Shown here: one piece after another, positions 13,700-25,752 of the stretch | Position numbering within the stretch: the first letter of the stretch is position 1 | How the letters are laid out: every line of letters begins with the position of its first letter | NCBI GenBank assembly: GCA_046563655.1 | Contig: CM102285.1 | Location: 496,001-560,000 of the forward strand | From: Yuukianura sp. NJ FZ-2021 | Taxonomy: Eukaryota | Length of the DNA stretch: 64,000 bases | Reading direction: 5' to 3' | The notes under the pieces: generated by a model | The model's input: only the letters and a program-made list of their open reading frames with translations | Told to the model about the DNA's origin: nothing | Database searches by the model: none | Made by a program: the position numbers and the translations under genes

Positions 13700-14135
13700 A
13701 GACATGGTGGCAAAGATCTGATTTGAGAGATGGTTTTTCTTTAGAGAGACGAGCATATGAAGTGAACATCGATGTTTTGAAGGTAGTTTCGATAATTTTG
13801 ACAAGTAAATTTCATATCCAGTATCCAACTTCTTCCTTTGATAACTTATCCCTCGATAGTGGATATCTTATCCCTGAATATGTGATATCTTATCTCTTGG
13901 TAGTCGATAAGGTAGTTGTAGATGCTTATCCTGCATTCGCCTTCTTTCGATAACTGAGCCCCCAGTACTCGAAATGTTATCTCTCGATAGTAGTGGATGA
14001 TAAGCTCCGGTTGTAAGTTTCGATAATTTCGAAGAGTAAATGTGTATCCAGTATCCACGTCCTTCCTTGAACAACTTCGATAGTCCATATCTTATCTCTC
14101 GATAGTAGTGGATGATAGCTTGTCTCTCGATAGTT
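13700..14135. repeat. Degenerate tandem repeat downstream of the alpha-catulin stop
   Basis: Recurring tatctctcgatagtagtggat / tttcgataattt / tatccagtatcca blocks. Confidence 0.55.
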
Positions 14136-14220
14136 CCGGTTAGAAGAGAAGGAAGCTGACTCGAGTCCTGCGTCCTCCATCTCCCTCCCGGTTGGGCCGC
14201 CTTCGGCCCATTCCAAACTG

Positions 14221-17200
14221 TCATACGGAGTCAGAGCCACTTCCCGCCATGCCCTTGGAGCCATCTGAATTCCCCAGAGCCACCATCTCTTCAGAGTCTG
14301 ATCGACTGTAGATCCCACTGCGACGGGGCGAGATTGTGCTAAAGTCTAATTTGTACTGAAATCAAGTCACAAGAAATCAAATCAGAAATAGGTTCATTAA
14401 ATTTAAACAAATTGTGTTTAGCATTCAATATTTACAAAACAACTGTACTCATTCAAATTGTTAAATTATTTAAATTCTAAGTAGTATTTTTTTTTGGTGA
14501 AAATCGTCGGTTTTTGAAGAAATAAAAAAATGAGTGCAGTTGTTTGCATTTTTTCTAAAATTTAATTTCCACTTAAAGGTAAATGCTTAATTTAATTTTT
14601 GTGTACAGTGCTTCGAAGTGCAAAGTTTGAATTTTTAGTGAAAGTTAAATGAAACTGGAAAAAAGTGCTGGAAAACATGCTAACCAACTACAAAATTGTC
14701 AATTCCGAACAGACGGCGGGGCATGCAAAATTCATGCAAAAATTCTGGTGGTGCTGCCAAAATTCAAATCTTCACCCGGATGCAAGTGCTGCTTTTCAAG
14801 TGAAAATGGCGGCAACTGCAGCCATTGCAGTGGTTCCAAAAACCGAAAAAAAAAAACTCCGTTCCTAACAAATTTTTCGAAATTTTCTCAAACAACATAT
14901 CACTGCAAACCCAACGTTTAACAAAAGTTAAACGTTACTTTAACTTTTAATTTACATTGTTGACGTTAAGGTTTTAAAATTTCCGCAATTTTCACTCATT
15001 TTCAAAAATGCTCAAAATGCTGTTTCTTCTTTTCCAAAAAACTAGTTTAAAAAAGTTGAGCAAACCTCAATCACAATTTCCACAATGCAAAATTTTTCAG
15101 TTTTGTCAGTTTTTTTTACGTATTGATTTTTTCACTCACTGACCAAAAGAGACACAAAAATCTTGAACGGTTGAAAACCGTATCTAAAAAATCAGTCACG
15201 TGTATACAAAAAACACTCTTTTTCAAAAAAACACAACCAAAACGTGTTTCTTTCTTTTTCAAAATTTGGTTTTGAGTTTTTCAAATTTTCTAACCTGTCT
15301 ATTATTATCCAAAAATGTTTCACTCATCGATGAAAGCATAAACTAGAAAAGGACAGAGAAAGTAAGAAAGAACGAGGGAAAAATAGTTGAAATTTTCTCA
15401 TGTCAAAAATATTTTTGAGATTGACATCAGCAACGACTGGGGTAATGTGAGACATTGATCAGAAACAGTAGAAAGAGTAGACTGTAGAGAGAAATAGCAG
15501 AAGGTCACAGAGGTCAAAGGTCAAAAGTTCATTGACCTTTAAAGGTCAAAGGTCAAAAGGTCATTGACCCTTAAAGGTCATGTTCAAAAAACTGTAATGG
15601 TAGTGTAATGGATAGTGGTAGTGTAGTGGGGTAAAGAACAAGAAGAACAAAGTAGGGGAGTGGTACAGTGTGCAGACGAAAGAGGTAGAGGCGTGGGATC
15701 AAAAAACGATTTCCTGAGACATTTTTTTCGTGATTTCTAATCGTGAAGGTGAAGTGTAGTTGGCGGGTGATTTCAAAAAATTTGAAACTTTTAAATATTT
15801 TGGACGGAAATTCCAAGGTTGTCCAAAATTTTTCAAAAATGTTTTTTTTTTCTAAGGCTGAGATCGCTGCAGTGTATGCGCGGGAAGAAGTGTTTTCAAA
15901 AAAAGTTAAAAAATGTTGAAAACCTTGTTCCAATTTCCATTTTTGAGCAAACTTACTTTGCTGGCCGTTTCAAAACAAATCCCTACAACAGTCGTGATCA
16001 CTTCCATGAGACTCTTCGTTTCATTTATAACGCTATCCACTTTGGTAAACGTCGCGGCTTTTCCCACGGTCGGATTCTTTACGGTAAACTGGAGTTGCTG
16101 AACACGCGTCGGAACTTCATCAACTTTCTCCAGCAGCGATTTCTTCTCTATACTCGTCGGAACCTCCACAAAAACAACAAAAAATTCCATTAAAAACGTT
16201 TCACGATTAAAAAAATTCAAAAGTTTCAAAAAACCGAAAACTCCCGCCTTTCCATTGCCAATCTCAAACTCAATTCATAAAAAAATCACCACCGGCTTAA
16301 ATTTTTTATGAGATTCACTCCAGGGAGGAAAACCTCAGAAATTCTGGAGGGGGTGGTCGTCGAGATTGGCAGGGGGGGTGGGTGGGAGAGGGGTACTTGG
16401 CACCCTCAAAAACGCATGAAATTTTTAGTTTTTCAAAACAAAAACGCGGTTTGGAGGCGGATTTCGGCTTAAAATCGATGTATTTTAGCAAAAAACGCAA
16501 TAAAATTTAGATTTTTAGGTACCGAACCGCCATTTCGCGCTAGTTTTTGTAGGAATTTTACCAAAAACGTTGGCAAGGGGGTGGGGGGGTGGTCCAGGCG
16601 CTTCGCGCCTGGACGGGGTGAAACACCCATAGCTCCATACGGGGTTTTCCTCCCTGATTCACTCAGACACCGCACCGCGGCGAACCAACAGAATTTAAAA
16701 TTCAGCAACACTGCTCAACTTTTCACCGCTCCTCTCAACCCAGCATTTTCATGTTAGGCTAAGCTAAACATAAGAGTACCGTAAATCTTCCAACAAAAAT
16801 CCAGGCTTATAATGATTTTGGCAGCTCGAAACACAGTTTTTATTTGGTTGCAACAGTTGAACAATTCAATATAATTTTTTTTCCTCATTCTTCTGGAGTA
16901 TGGCCACGGGCTCGAGCCATGGTCGGGAAATTTTTTTTTGACGTTGGCAACCGGTATTACACCAAAAAATGTTCTTTTGACATATAAAATGTCACTGTAT
17001 TTTTTAAATTCAAAAACTTGCCGACCAGTTCGGAATGTTCCCTCTTGAATTTATATTTATTTTTTGCACCTCCCGAATCGCCGGCTTTTCTTTGAGGCCG
17101 GCCGCTATTTAAATTTTTTCTTTCCAACCCCGGCGTGTATTCTGGCTTGTACTAGAAGTTTTACGGTATTTTGCTTACCATATATGAAAACTGCCTGACG

Positions 17201-20200
17201 ACTTTGTAGAGGCGATTGGCCTCTTCTGCAAAATACTCTGCCTGAGTGAACAGATCCTGCGTCGTTTTGCACTCCCCTGCTCCCCTCGTGAAGTCGTACA
17301 TATTTAACGCCATTTGGGACAAGAGTTTGGCTCGACGCAGAATGTCGTTGTTCTCAGTCATCTCTTCCTCCTCCAGCGCCTGCGCAGTCTGATCCTAACC
17401 ACAAGAAACCATCACTTCAAATCACTCTCCACTCATGAATAGTACTCTTGACATTGAGTCATGCACGAGTCAAAGTGACTCTGACTCCTGGCAGACCCAC
17501 TCTGCCCAGAGTCATAACCCAAACATGAGTCAAAGTCCCATGAGACCGCACTCGTACCACAACCAAACATCAAATTAACGTTACTCACAGATTTACAATT
17601 CTAAAAAGCTACTCAAAAATTTAACTTCCTGCGCGTCAATTTTCAAATTCTGGTCCTCGCTCCAAGAAGTTCTAAATAAATTCTGCCCCTTTACGAAAAA
17701 AAAGTAAAAACACAAAACACGTAAAACCAAAGACAACAGGCACATCTGGAGGGAAACTAACTTTTACGTGTTGAGAATATACTTATTTACGTATTTACAT
17801 CAACTTTACTTAAAATTTACGTCCCGATGGCCACATACCTCTTCGTCAGGAACGTTATTAACTTGTGGCGGCGGAACTTGAACTGGAGTAGACGCTGTTG
17901 ACGCCGCCGCGGCTGCTGCAGAAGCCGAACACGGTTTCAGCGGTTTCTGAGTCGTTCCGTGCTTCTACCAAGAAAATCAAAAATTAAAATTTAAAAATTT
18001 GAACTTTTTTGAAAAAGTTTTTTTTGAAAAAGCGTTTTCTGGAATCTTACTCCACGTTTCGGTAGTGACATATAGTACTCCTTTCGATTACATCTACTTT
18101 GTACATCCTTTGCAAGAGAGTTCAAGTCTTGAATGAGCCAATTAATGAGCTGAATGAGGCAGTCAAGGTTGTCCTTGGCAATTCTAGAATTTGGATATGT
18201 TGAGAGGACGCGAGAAGCAATCGGAATCAAACCACCGTAAATCTTCAAATTTATCTCCATGTACTTGGCTCGTATCGTCAGAGGCTCCGTTGGTGAGATA
18301 TGGCGCAGTAGTCTCGAAACCTAATAAAAAATCCAAAAAAAAAAATCATCAAAAAAATCGAAAACATCCAAATCCAATTACAATCAGACTCTAAATCTTC
18401 TCCCTCCTCTCATTTTCCCATCAAAATCTTTCCCAAACATCAATTTATCAAATTGATTTCCATCACATTCTGGAACACGCACCACTTTTACAAAAAAATC
18501 TCCAAAAAATAACTGTCCAGAGACAACTTATCAAAAAAGAAATCGGGGACAACCAAATCAAAATTACTTTTCCGCCGTTTTTTTTATCTTTTCCCAACTT
18601 TTCCAGCCTTTCATAGGATTAAGTTGCTTACCTCTTGTACATGCTGAATGTACTCGTAGTACACATCAATAATTTCTTCGAGTCGGTCGTTGTCCATGAT
18701 TAGAGCTGAATTACGTAGGATTTGAATTAAGTTCTGGTACTCCTGAGCCGAGTCGTGCAAGTCGTTAGCCTAAAAGAAACAAAAACTTTCAACAGGTTCT
18801 CAATTTCAAGTGGAATTCCACACCCGAGGATCGATGTGCCGTCAATGTCAGTTGTCACGGAACATCAGTCATTACAAATTCCACTTTACTCGATTAAACG
18901 AAAATCAATTTCAACGTCCATCTATACATGTCACTTACGTAGTTGACATAGTAAACGACATACTATGCAAACTACACAACATAAATCTCGACAGCTGACG
19001 ACAATCAACCATAATTCCGTTACCAACTTGAAACTAAACAAACCTAACTTTCCCTCACAGTCACAAGCTGAGAATGGACCTTTGGAAACGAGGAATTATG
19101 GTGGCTAACCAGAAAATGAGGTCCACCCACTAAAATAAAATTCCCCGTTTTTCAATAAAGTGGCTTCGTTCGGTAGATTGTTCAAACTGTTTTCTTTTTC
19201 CAAAATTTTGAACTTAAATTTTGAAAAAAAAAAAGTTCAAAATTGGGAGAAACGCTCAAACTGCGTTCAAATAGTGCGCAGAAACTGCGCAGATAGTGCG
19301 CAGAAAGTGCGCAGATAGTGCCCAGAAACTGCGCAGAGAGTGCGCATTTTTGAAAAACGGTAAATTTTATTTTTGTGGACCTCATTTTCTAGGTAGCCAC
19401 CATAATTCCTCATTTCCAGAGCTCGTGAGCTCATTCTTAGCTCGTGAGAGACAGTACACATACCACATAGACATAACATACAATGCAATATACACAACAT
19501 ACAGCAGAACAAATGCAAAATACACATACCACATAACTTATAATACAATATACGCAACATACAATGCAGCATACAACATACCTGTAGGAATGTTGTATCC
19601 TCCAGTTGCCCCTTTAATTCTTGCACGGATTTTATGATTCCTTCTATTGCCAATTCCAGTTCGTTCGCAACTGCCGAGTCCGCATTACTAAGGTCGAATT
19701 GTTGCTATTACACAAAAAAAAATTTCAAAATTTCCATTTCCAAAAACCAAAAATTTCAAAACATAAAATAAAATGATATTCGTACATTGCTAACGACGAT
19801 TCTGAGTAACTGATTGAGTTGTAGTTTGAGTCTATCACAGAGGAGGAGGATATTCTCTCGATGTTCGTGTCTTGTATAAGCAGAGTCAGTAAAGTCCTGC
19901 AAAAAGAAACAAAATGCTTGCAAGCACAAAGTATTTCCAAAAAACTTGCAAGTATATACAAGAACTTTTAAGGAAACCGGTGCTAATTGACTGGAAATGT
20001 AGAGCTTTTCCGGAAAACCTTTTACACCCACCCACCAATTCCGCTTTACTTAACTTCCCAACAAAAAACACTAAATTCCTCTCTCTAACTTTGCAATTTC
20101 CGCAACTTCGCTTCATCTACTCAAAAATCAATCATCATCAACATCAACAAAAAATCTAAAAACTAAACTTTCAAAAATTAATCAAGCTTCATTAGACTCG

Positions 20201-23200
20201 CATCAAAATTCAAACGTCTCAAAATTTAAAAATCCCGCGTCGAGTTTCTCCCGCTTTTTATGCAAAAGTAAAAGTAAAATTTATTTTTCAACCTTTCAGT
20301 GCTAATTACCCTCTCATGATTTATCATTCTCATTACCGCTTCTCTTTTCGTAGCAAAAAAAGTACTTTTTAGTACAAAGTATACTAAAGTGCGTAATTAC
20401 CACACGCAAACGCAGTAAAATCAAGTCTTTATGCACGTCCAGGAATTTTCCCGCCGAAAATATCCAAATTTTTCAAATTCTGCAGTTTTCCCCCGCGTTT
20501 TCGAAAGTTAATTAAAAAAAATTCCAACGTCCGAGTCCAAATTCCTGCTTTCACTTATTCCCCGGAACTTTTGAAATTTCTTACTTTTACTTTTTTTTTA
20601 CTTTTACCGAAACATTTCTCCAAAAAAAGCAAATGCGTCTCAAACTTTTTTAAAAGTTTAACTTTTAACTTTATAGTAGTTTAACCTTTCAACTTTAAAC
20701 TTTTTTCTGTATATTAAGCTACGCATAGCACTCAAAAAAGTCGTACGCAACTAACAACTAAAAAAAACTGATAGCAAATCCTTTTCAAATTGAATTTTCC
20801 CTTCCGCGAAAAACTAAAAGTTTAGTTTGTGTGTGCTGCTCAAGTTTCGCTGTTTTCACCGTTACTGTTTACGTCATGACGTCAAAGTGTAGACAAGGAA
20901 ATGGACACTTAAGGGCCCTGCCCAAACTCATCGTCATGACGACGATACTGCCCAAACTCATCGTGATCGTCATGACGACGATCCTGAATAAGTCATAGAC
21001 ATAACACGGTCCACCACCTAAAAGTTCTCCAAGTCCCGTATAATTGACCATCCTATCTTCTCTCCCAAAACCGTCATTTGCGTCATTTAGATTCTCCAGA
21101 ACGGAAAAAACGAAAGTGAAACTGGACAAAATCCTTGGAAAAGTGAAAGTTGATGACAATGAGGAAATCCGTTACTTTCACTTTATGAACTTCACTTTCT
21201 TCTGACACAAAAAGCCCGCCATTCCATTCCCTCCACAAAAATTGAACTAAGCACAAAAAACTAAACTTTCCCGCTAAAAAAAACTAACCTTCCCAGGGCA
21301 AAAAATTTGAACTCAAAAGCATTATCGGTTCTCCCGCTCTTTTTTTCTCCTGGAAGCCATAAATATGGTAATAAATGAAAGTTTGTGACGTTTAAAGGCT
21401 TCGAGCTAAAAAGTTTGGATAACAAGAAACTGCTCAATTACATAAATCTTCCGAGTGTCCAACTCTGTTTTTCTTACAGAAAAAAAAGTTAACCTAACGA
21501 TTAGGCTAGCCTAACCTAACCATAAGGTTAACCTAACCTAATCGCTGGACATTGGCAACTCTACTCCTGGAGAGAAAGAGAGTGCGGCTGGAAACTTATT
21601 TTTTTCTGGACAGTTTGAGAACGTCTCAGGCCAAATCACTTTGGTGCCATAAACGCTCCGGGATCTTCCAGACAAAAAAGTTTCCCGCGCTTTCAGCGCG
21701 TGAGTTACTTAGCTTTACAACGTCCAGTTAGAGTTAATTGCACTTTGAGTTGAGAACATAAAGTTAATTGGACTTGAGAGACTTGAATAGAACTGACTTG
21801 AATTCTCTCCATGATCCTGTCGAGCACTCGTGGGAGTTCGATGCGCATGTCTTCGTCGAAGGGGCGGCAGGAGTCGATTGTTTCGAATGTGTACAAGTAC
21901 GTATTTACATTTGGCTCAGCATCCTTCCTTTGTATGAGCTCACTGCTGATGATGCTCTCCTTAATTAGGTAATGAATTAAGTCCAGACCACGCCTCATTT
22001 GACAGAAGATCGTATCACGGATCTCCCGAGTACTGGCAATGGCAGGGTGAGTATGATGAGTCTACAAACAAAGAGCCATTAAGCACAACATTTCAACTGG
22101 TCAAACAATAGGTTGATTCATGAGTCACAATGAGTCAGGAGTCAAGAGTCAATAAGTGGATAAAGGCAATAGAAACAGCAATCAACATACATTAAGGTCC
22201 ACATGCCAAGTGGAGGGTGGTCAAGCAATAGTATAGTTTGATTCATGACTCAAGAGTCACAGTGAGTCAGGAGTCAAGAAAGAGTCAACTGCTGTGTATC
22301 GAAATCTTCAGAAAACTGAAGAAACAACCATCAGCTTCCATCAGGCTCACTTATTAACTGGCTTTTGCTCAAATCGTAAAACAAAACAAGTTGATTCATG
22401 AATCACAATGAGTCTGGAGTCAAGAGTCAAGTGAATAAAGGTAATAGAGACAACAATCAGCATGAATTAAGGTCCGCATATCACCTGGCTTTGGCACAAC
22501 GTAAAGGTTGATTCATGACTCATGACTCACAACGAGTCAGGAGTCAAGGGTCAACTGCTGTGTATGGAAATCCTCCGGAAACTGAAGAAACAACCATCAG
22601 CATACATCAGGCTCACTATATTAACTGGCTTTTGCTCAAATCGTAAAACAAAACAAGTTGATTCATGAATCACAATGAGTCATGAGTCAATTGTTGCACA
22701 CCTAAATATCCCGACGTCATAAAATAAGAAGCCACATTCATTTTAGGTCAGCGTGTCAACTGGAGTCAGATGTTGATGGTCAGAGGAGAAAGGTCAAATA
22801 AAAGAATCAAGATGAGTCATGACTCACAAGAGTCAACTAAAGTGCACGCCAGAGTGAATCTAAACAATTGAGTCACCCCTAAACCTTAGTCTAAATTGAA
22901 AAAAGAGCAGTAAGGGAGTAGTGAGTCCCAGTCCCAGAGGGTATCAACAAAAAGCAATCTACTGAGAATCTAGAATCAAAGAAGCCTAGAGTCACATGGA
23001 GAAAGTAGCTTCCTTCTTCCTTCCTCATTCAGGATATCAACACGCGTCACGGTATTGCCAATATCAAATGTCAACTACGGAAATAACAAAAACACAAAAT
23101 CAAAAATGGACGGATTCAACACAACAGGAAATTTGACACGACTCACAAAAGCTTTTGCTACTTTAAAAAGTAGCAAAAAGAGAAAAAAGAGAGAAAATAG

Positions 23201-25752
23201 CAACAACAACAATCTCTCCTTGAAACTTCAAAGTTCATTTCACAAAATGATTGAAAGAAGCTTTCGACGGGTTTCGATTTTTTGACTTCTTATGTCACAG
23301 GTTAAATTGTGAGAAAAATCTGATCTATAAGAAAAGCAAAAACAGCAAAAAAAAATCTAACCAGCAAAAAAAAAATTGAAAACACCAACAAATAAAAGAC
23401 AAAGAACAGAAACACGACCATGCATCACAACCGCAACCAAAACACAGCAAAACTTACACAAACAGCAAACCTACAAAGACAGCAAAATCAAAGCTTCTAG
23501 CAAAGAATCGAAAAACAGCTGGAAAAATCGCACAGCGACAAAAAAAGCGGGAAAAATCGTACAGCAACTAAAAATGAACAAACCGTCAAGACGTCACAAA
23601 ATTGAAACATCGAAAAATCAGAAATGTAACTTTTTAATCTTAACTTTTAGCCTTACCTTGGCGGCAGTCAGGAGTACGTTCGTTGATTTTTCTAAAATTC
23701 TGCGAGCACATTCCATTTGCTCTCTAAACCGTAGATCTTTCTCTTCATTGCATTCGATCAAGTAACAAAATTCAATCATCTCAATTCCAAAGGAACTAAA
23801 AGCGTAGACAAATTCGATGAAACTGCTTACTAGGTCAACTTGACTCGAAACCTTCAAAAGAGAACAAAAGAAAACAAATCCAATTATCTGTTGAACCAAT
23901 TGGGACCGATTAACTCTCTCCCCCGCCCAGAACAATTGGATCACTTTGGGTAATCAACTTTTAAGTTAATCAACTTCTCATCACTCAATAAACTAAAGTC
24001 TGTACCTTATCACCAATGAGTTGCTTCACTAAAATACTGTCAGTAAGGAGCAGAACTCTTGTCACTGAAGTGAGAAGGTTCCTGGCCGTATGTACTAGGC
24101 TCGTTGTGTCATTTGTGAAACACAGTTTTTCGATAGTTGAAGCTGCAAGATAACAAAAAACACAAAGATTCAATTACAAAGTATCAAAGAATTGCCAAAA
24201 TTTCAAAATTATAAAAAAATTTCCAAGCCCATCCTAAACACTCTACGTTTCAGAATCAATCAAAACGTTTTTAAAAATGGCACGTTAAAGTAAGGCTGCA
24301 CTCTCAAAGTGTACCCACACAAAATTCACGACGCCGATAAACCACTGACTTCCAGAAACGACACAACTGACTTCTGTATACACGCCAAAAACTTTATCCG
24401 CGCGAGAAAAACTTGACCAAAAAAGTCAAGTATTTTAACTAATAACACTGGAAGTCAGCTGTTTATCACTGCCCAGAATATAATCACAGGAAAATTTAAG
24501 TTTTAAAATCAACTTAAGTATAGTAATTGGGCAATTAATTGCGCTAAAAGTACAAAAATAGAACTAAATTGAGTTAAAAAGTTTTCTACGTACCTGCAAC
24601 CCTGGCTTCCGTGCAGGCATTGAACATTTGAGCCCTTGTGTCCTCATCGACGATACACTCACTGACAGTGACGAATCGGTCCACCGAGAGATTGATACAT
24701 GAGCCCAAGTTGGATAGTGAGGACCGACTGTTGTGATGGAGTGATCGATGTTTCTGTCCAGAAAAAACCAAAGTTAAGTCACAGGACATATGAAAAAGAG
24801 TGAGAAAAAGAAACGGAACTCATTACAATACAAGCTTCAATTTAGCTTATCTTGATCTCTCAATCTCCATTTCCCCTATTAAGAGTAGAGTAGTAGCCTA
24901 CTCGTCTTTCACCGGATAATAAAAAGGAATACTAGCCTTCTCGGTTAGATTTCCTGGCACCCAGCCCAATTCGCTTAATAACCTAATGAATGTCCCCTCT
25001 AGAATTAAATTTCTTCTTTCACGTCCGAATCACACCTCCAGGACACTGTCACGAACACCATTCAAGAGCCGTAACATAAACCAAACCACCTGATGACGTC
25101 AAGGACCGAAGTGGTGGGCACAACGACAGTCCTTGACCTCCATTTCGCACTTTCACTCATCTCTAGGTTGAAATGAGCCAAGTGACCTTGCAAAACTCTT
25201 CATTTAGATCCATTCTAGCTTTATGGTTACACTTGATCGCCACTTCCTTACTTCAACCACAGCAAATAAGCCAGTTGACAGGCGAGTGACAGCTAAAAAT
25301 ATTTTTAGCCGCGAGATTCGCACTTGGCGACAAAAGATCGTTCACTGGTCCAGTCAGTGTGATGATCGGTACTTCACACGTATAAACGCACACGTATATA
25401 ACAGACACATGTAGATAATAGTACCGTCGAGTTCACTACAGATGGAGAGTAAAAATATTTGAAAAAGAGATCGTGCGTTAAAAAATCTCCCAGTACATAC
25501 AGAGATTTTTTGCGGGCGATCTCCTTTTCAATTTTTTTAACTCGTTCTTTAGGGAGCTCGGCAGTATAATGTAACCGAAGATTAAGATTTATGTCAGTCC
25601 AGAGATCGGTACTGGAACACGTACACGCACAAACGAGTACGTACACGCACACTTGACCAAGTACACGTACATTACATCACGTTGTATAAGTACATACGAT
25701 TTATATTCGTTACCTGGTGATGATAGGACGAAGGTAAATGGCGGTGAGACAT
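14221..25752 (-). CDS. CTNNAL1: Alpha-catulin (vinculin/alpha-catenin family), about 13 coding exons
   Basis: Exons encode INLSVDRFVTVSE..MFNACTEARVAG, LVHTARNLLTSVTRVLLLTD, DFTDSAYTRHEHRENILLLCDR, ENNDILRRAK..MYDFTRG..KTTQDLFTQAEYFAEEANRLYKVVRQF, QQLQFTVKNPTVGKAATFTKVD, and a last exon YKLDF...DSV* (14221-14355). The start exon (25714-25752) is tentative. Confidence 0.9.
16321..16656. mobile_element. hAT-type MITE with perfect 8-bp target-site duplication
   Basis: TIR CAGGGAGGAAAACC...GGTTTTCCTCCCTG; ATTCACTC on both sides (16313-16320 and 16657-16664). Confidence 0.85.
16779..17166. mobile_element. Tc1/mariner-type MITE
   Basis: TA-ccgtaaa...tttacgg-TA ends. Confidence 0.5.
19057..19456. 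mobile_element. MITE with inverted arms, related to the 41.5-kb element
   Basis: gaggaattatggtggctaaccagaaaatgaggtccac is mirrored by gtggacctcattttctaggtagccaccataattcctc. Confidence 0.6.
22090..22860. repeat. Intronic duplicated blocks rich in TGAGTCA/TGACTCA
   Basis: Near-identical segments at ~22310-22420 and ~22575-22690; many tgattcatga(g/c)tcac units. Confidence 0.6.

Noticed and set aside
13559-14318. Overlapping ORFs of 76-118 aa
   Set aside because: Explained by degenerate repeats and alternative frames over the last alpha-catulin exon and its 3' UTR.
19267-19653. Cys/Met-rich 128-aa ORF
   Set aside because: A real catulin exon read through into an (ACAT)-like low-complexity intron and a MITE.
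21490-21545. TTAGG/CCTAA runs as a telomere or telomeric insertion (also ~56805-56825)
   Set aside because: Short, degenerate and scattered, often inside MITEs; no true array.
23055-23620. Lys-rich plus-strand ORFs
   Set aside because: Antisense reading of T-rich alpha-catulin intron sequence.
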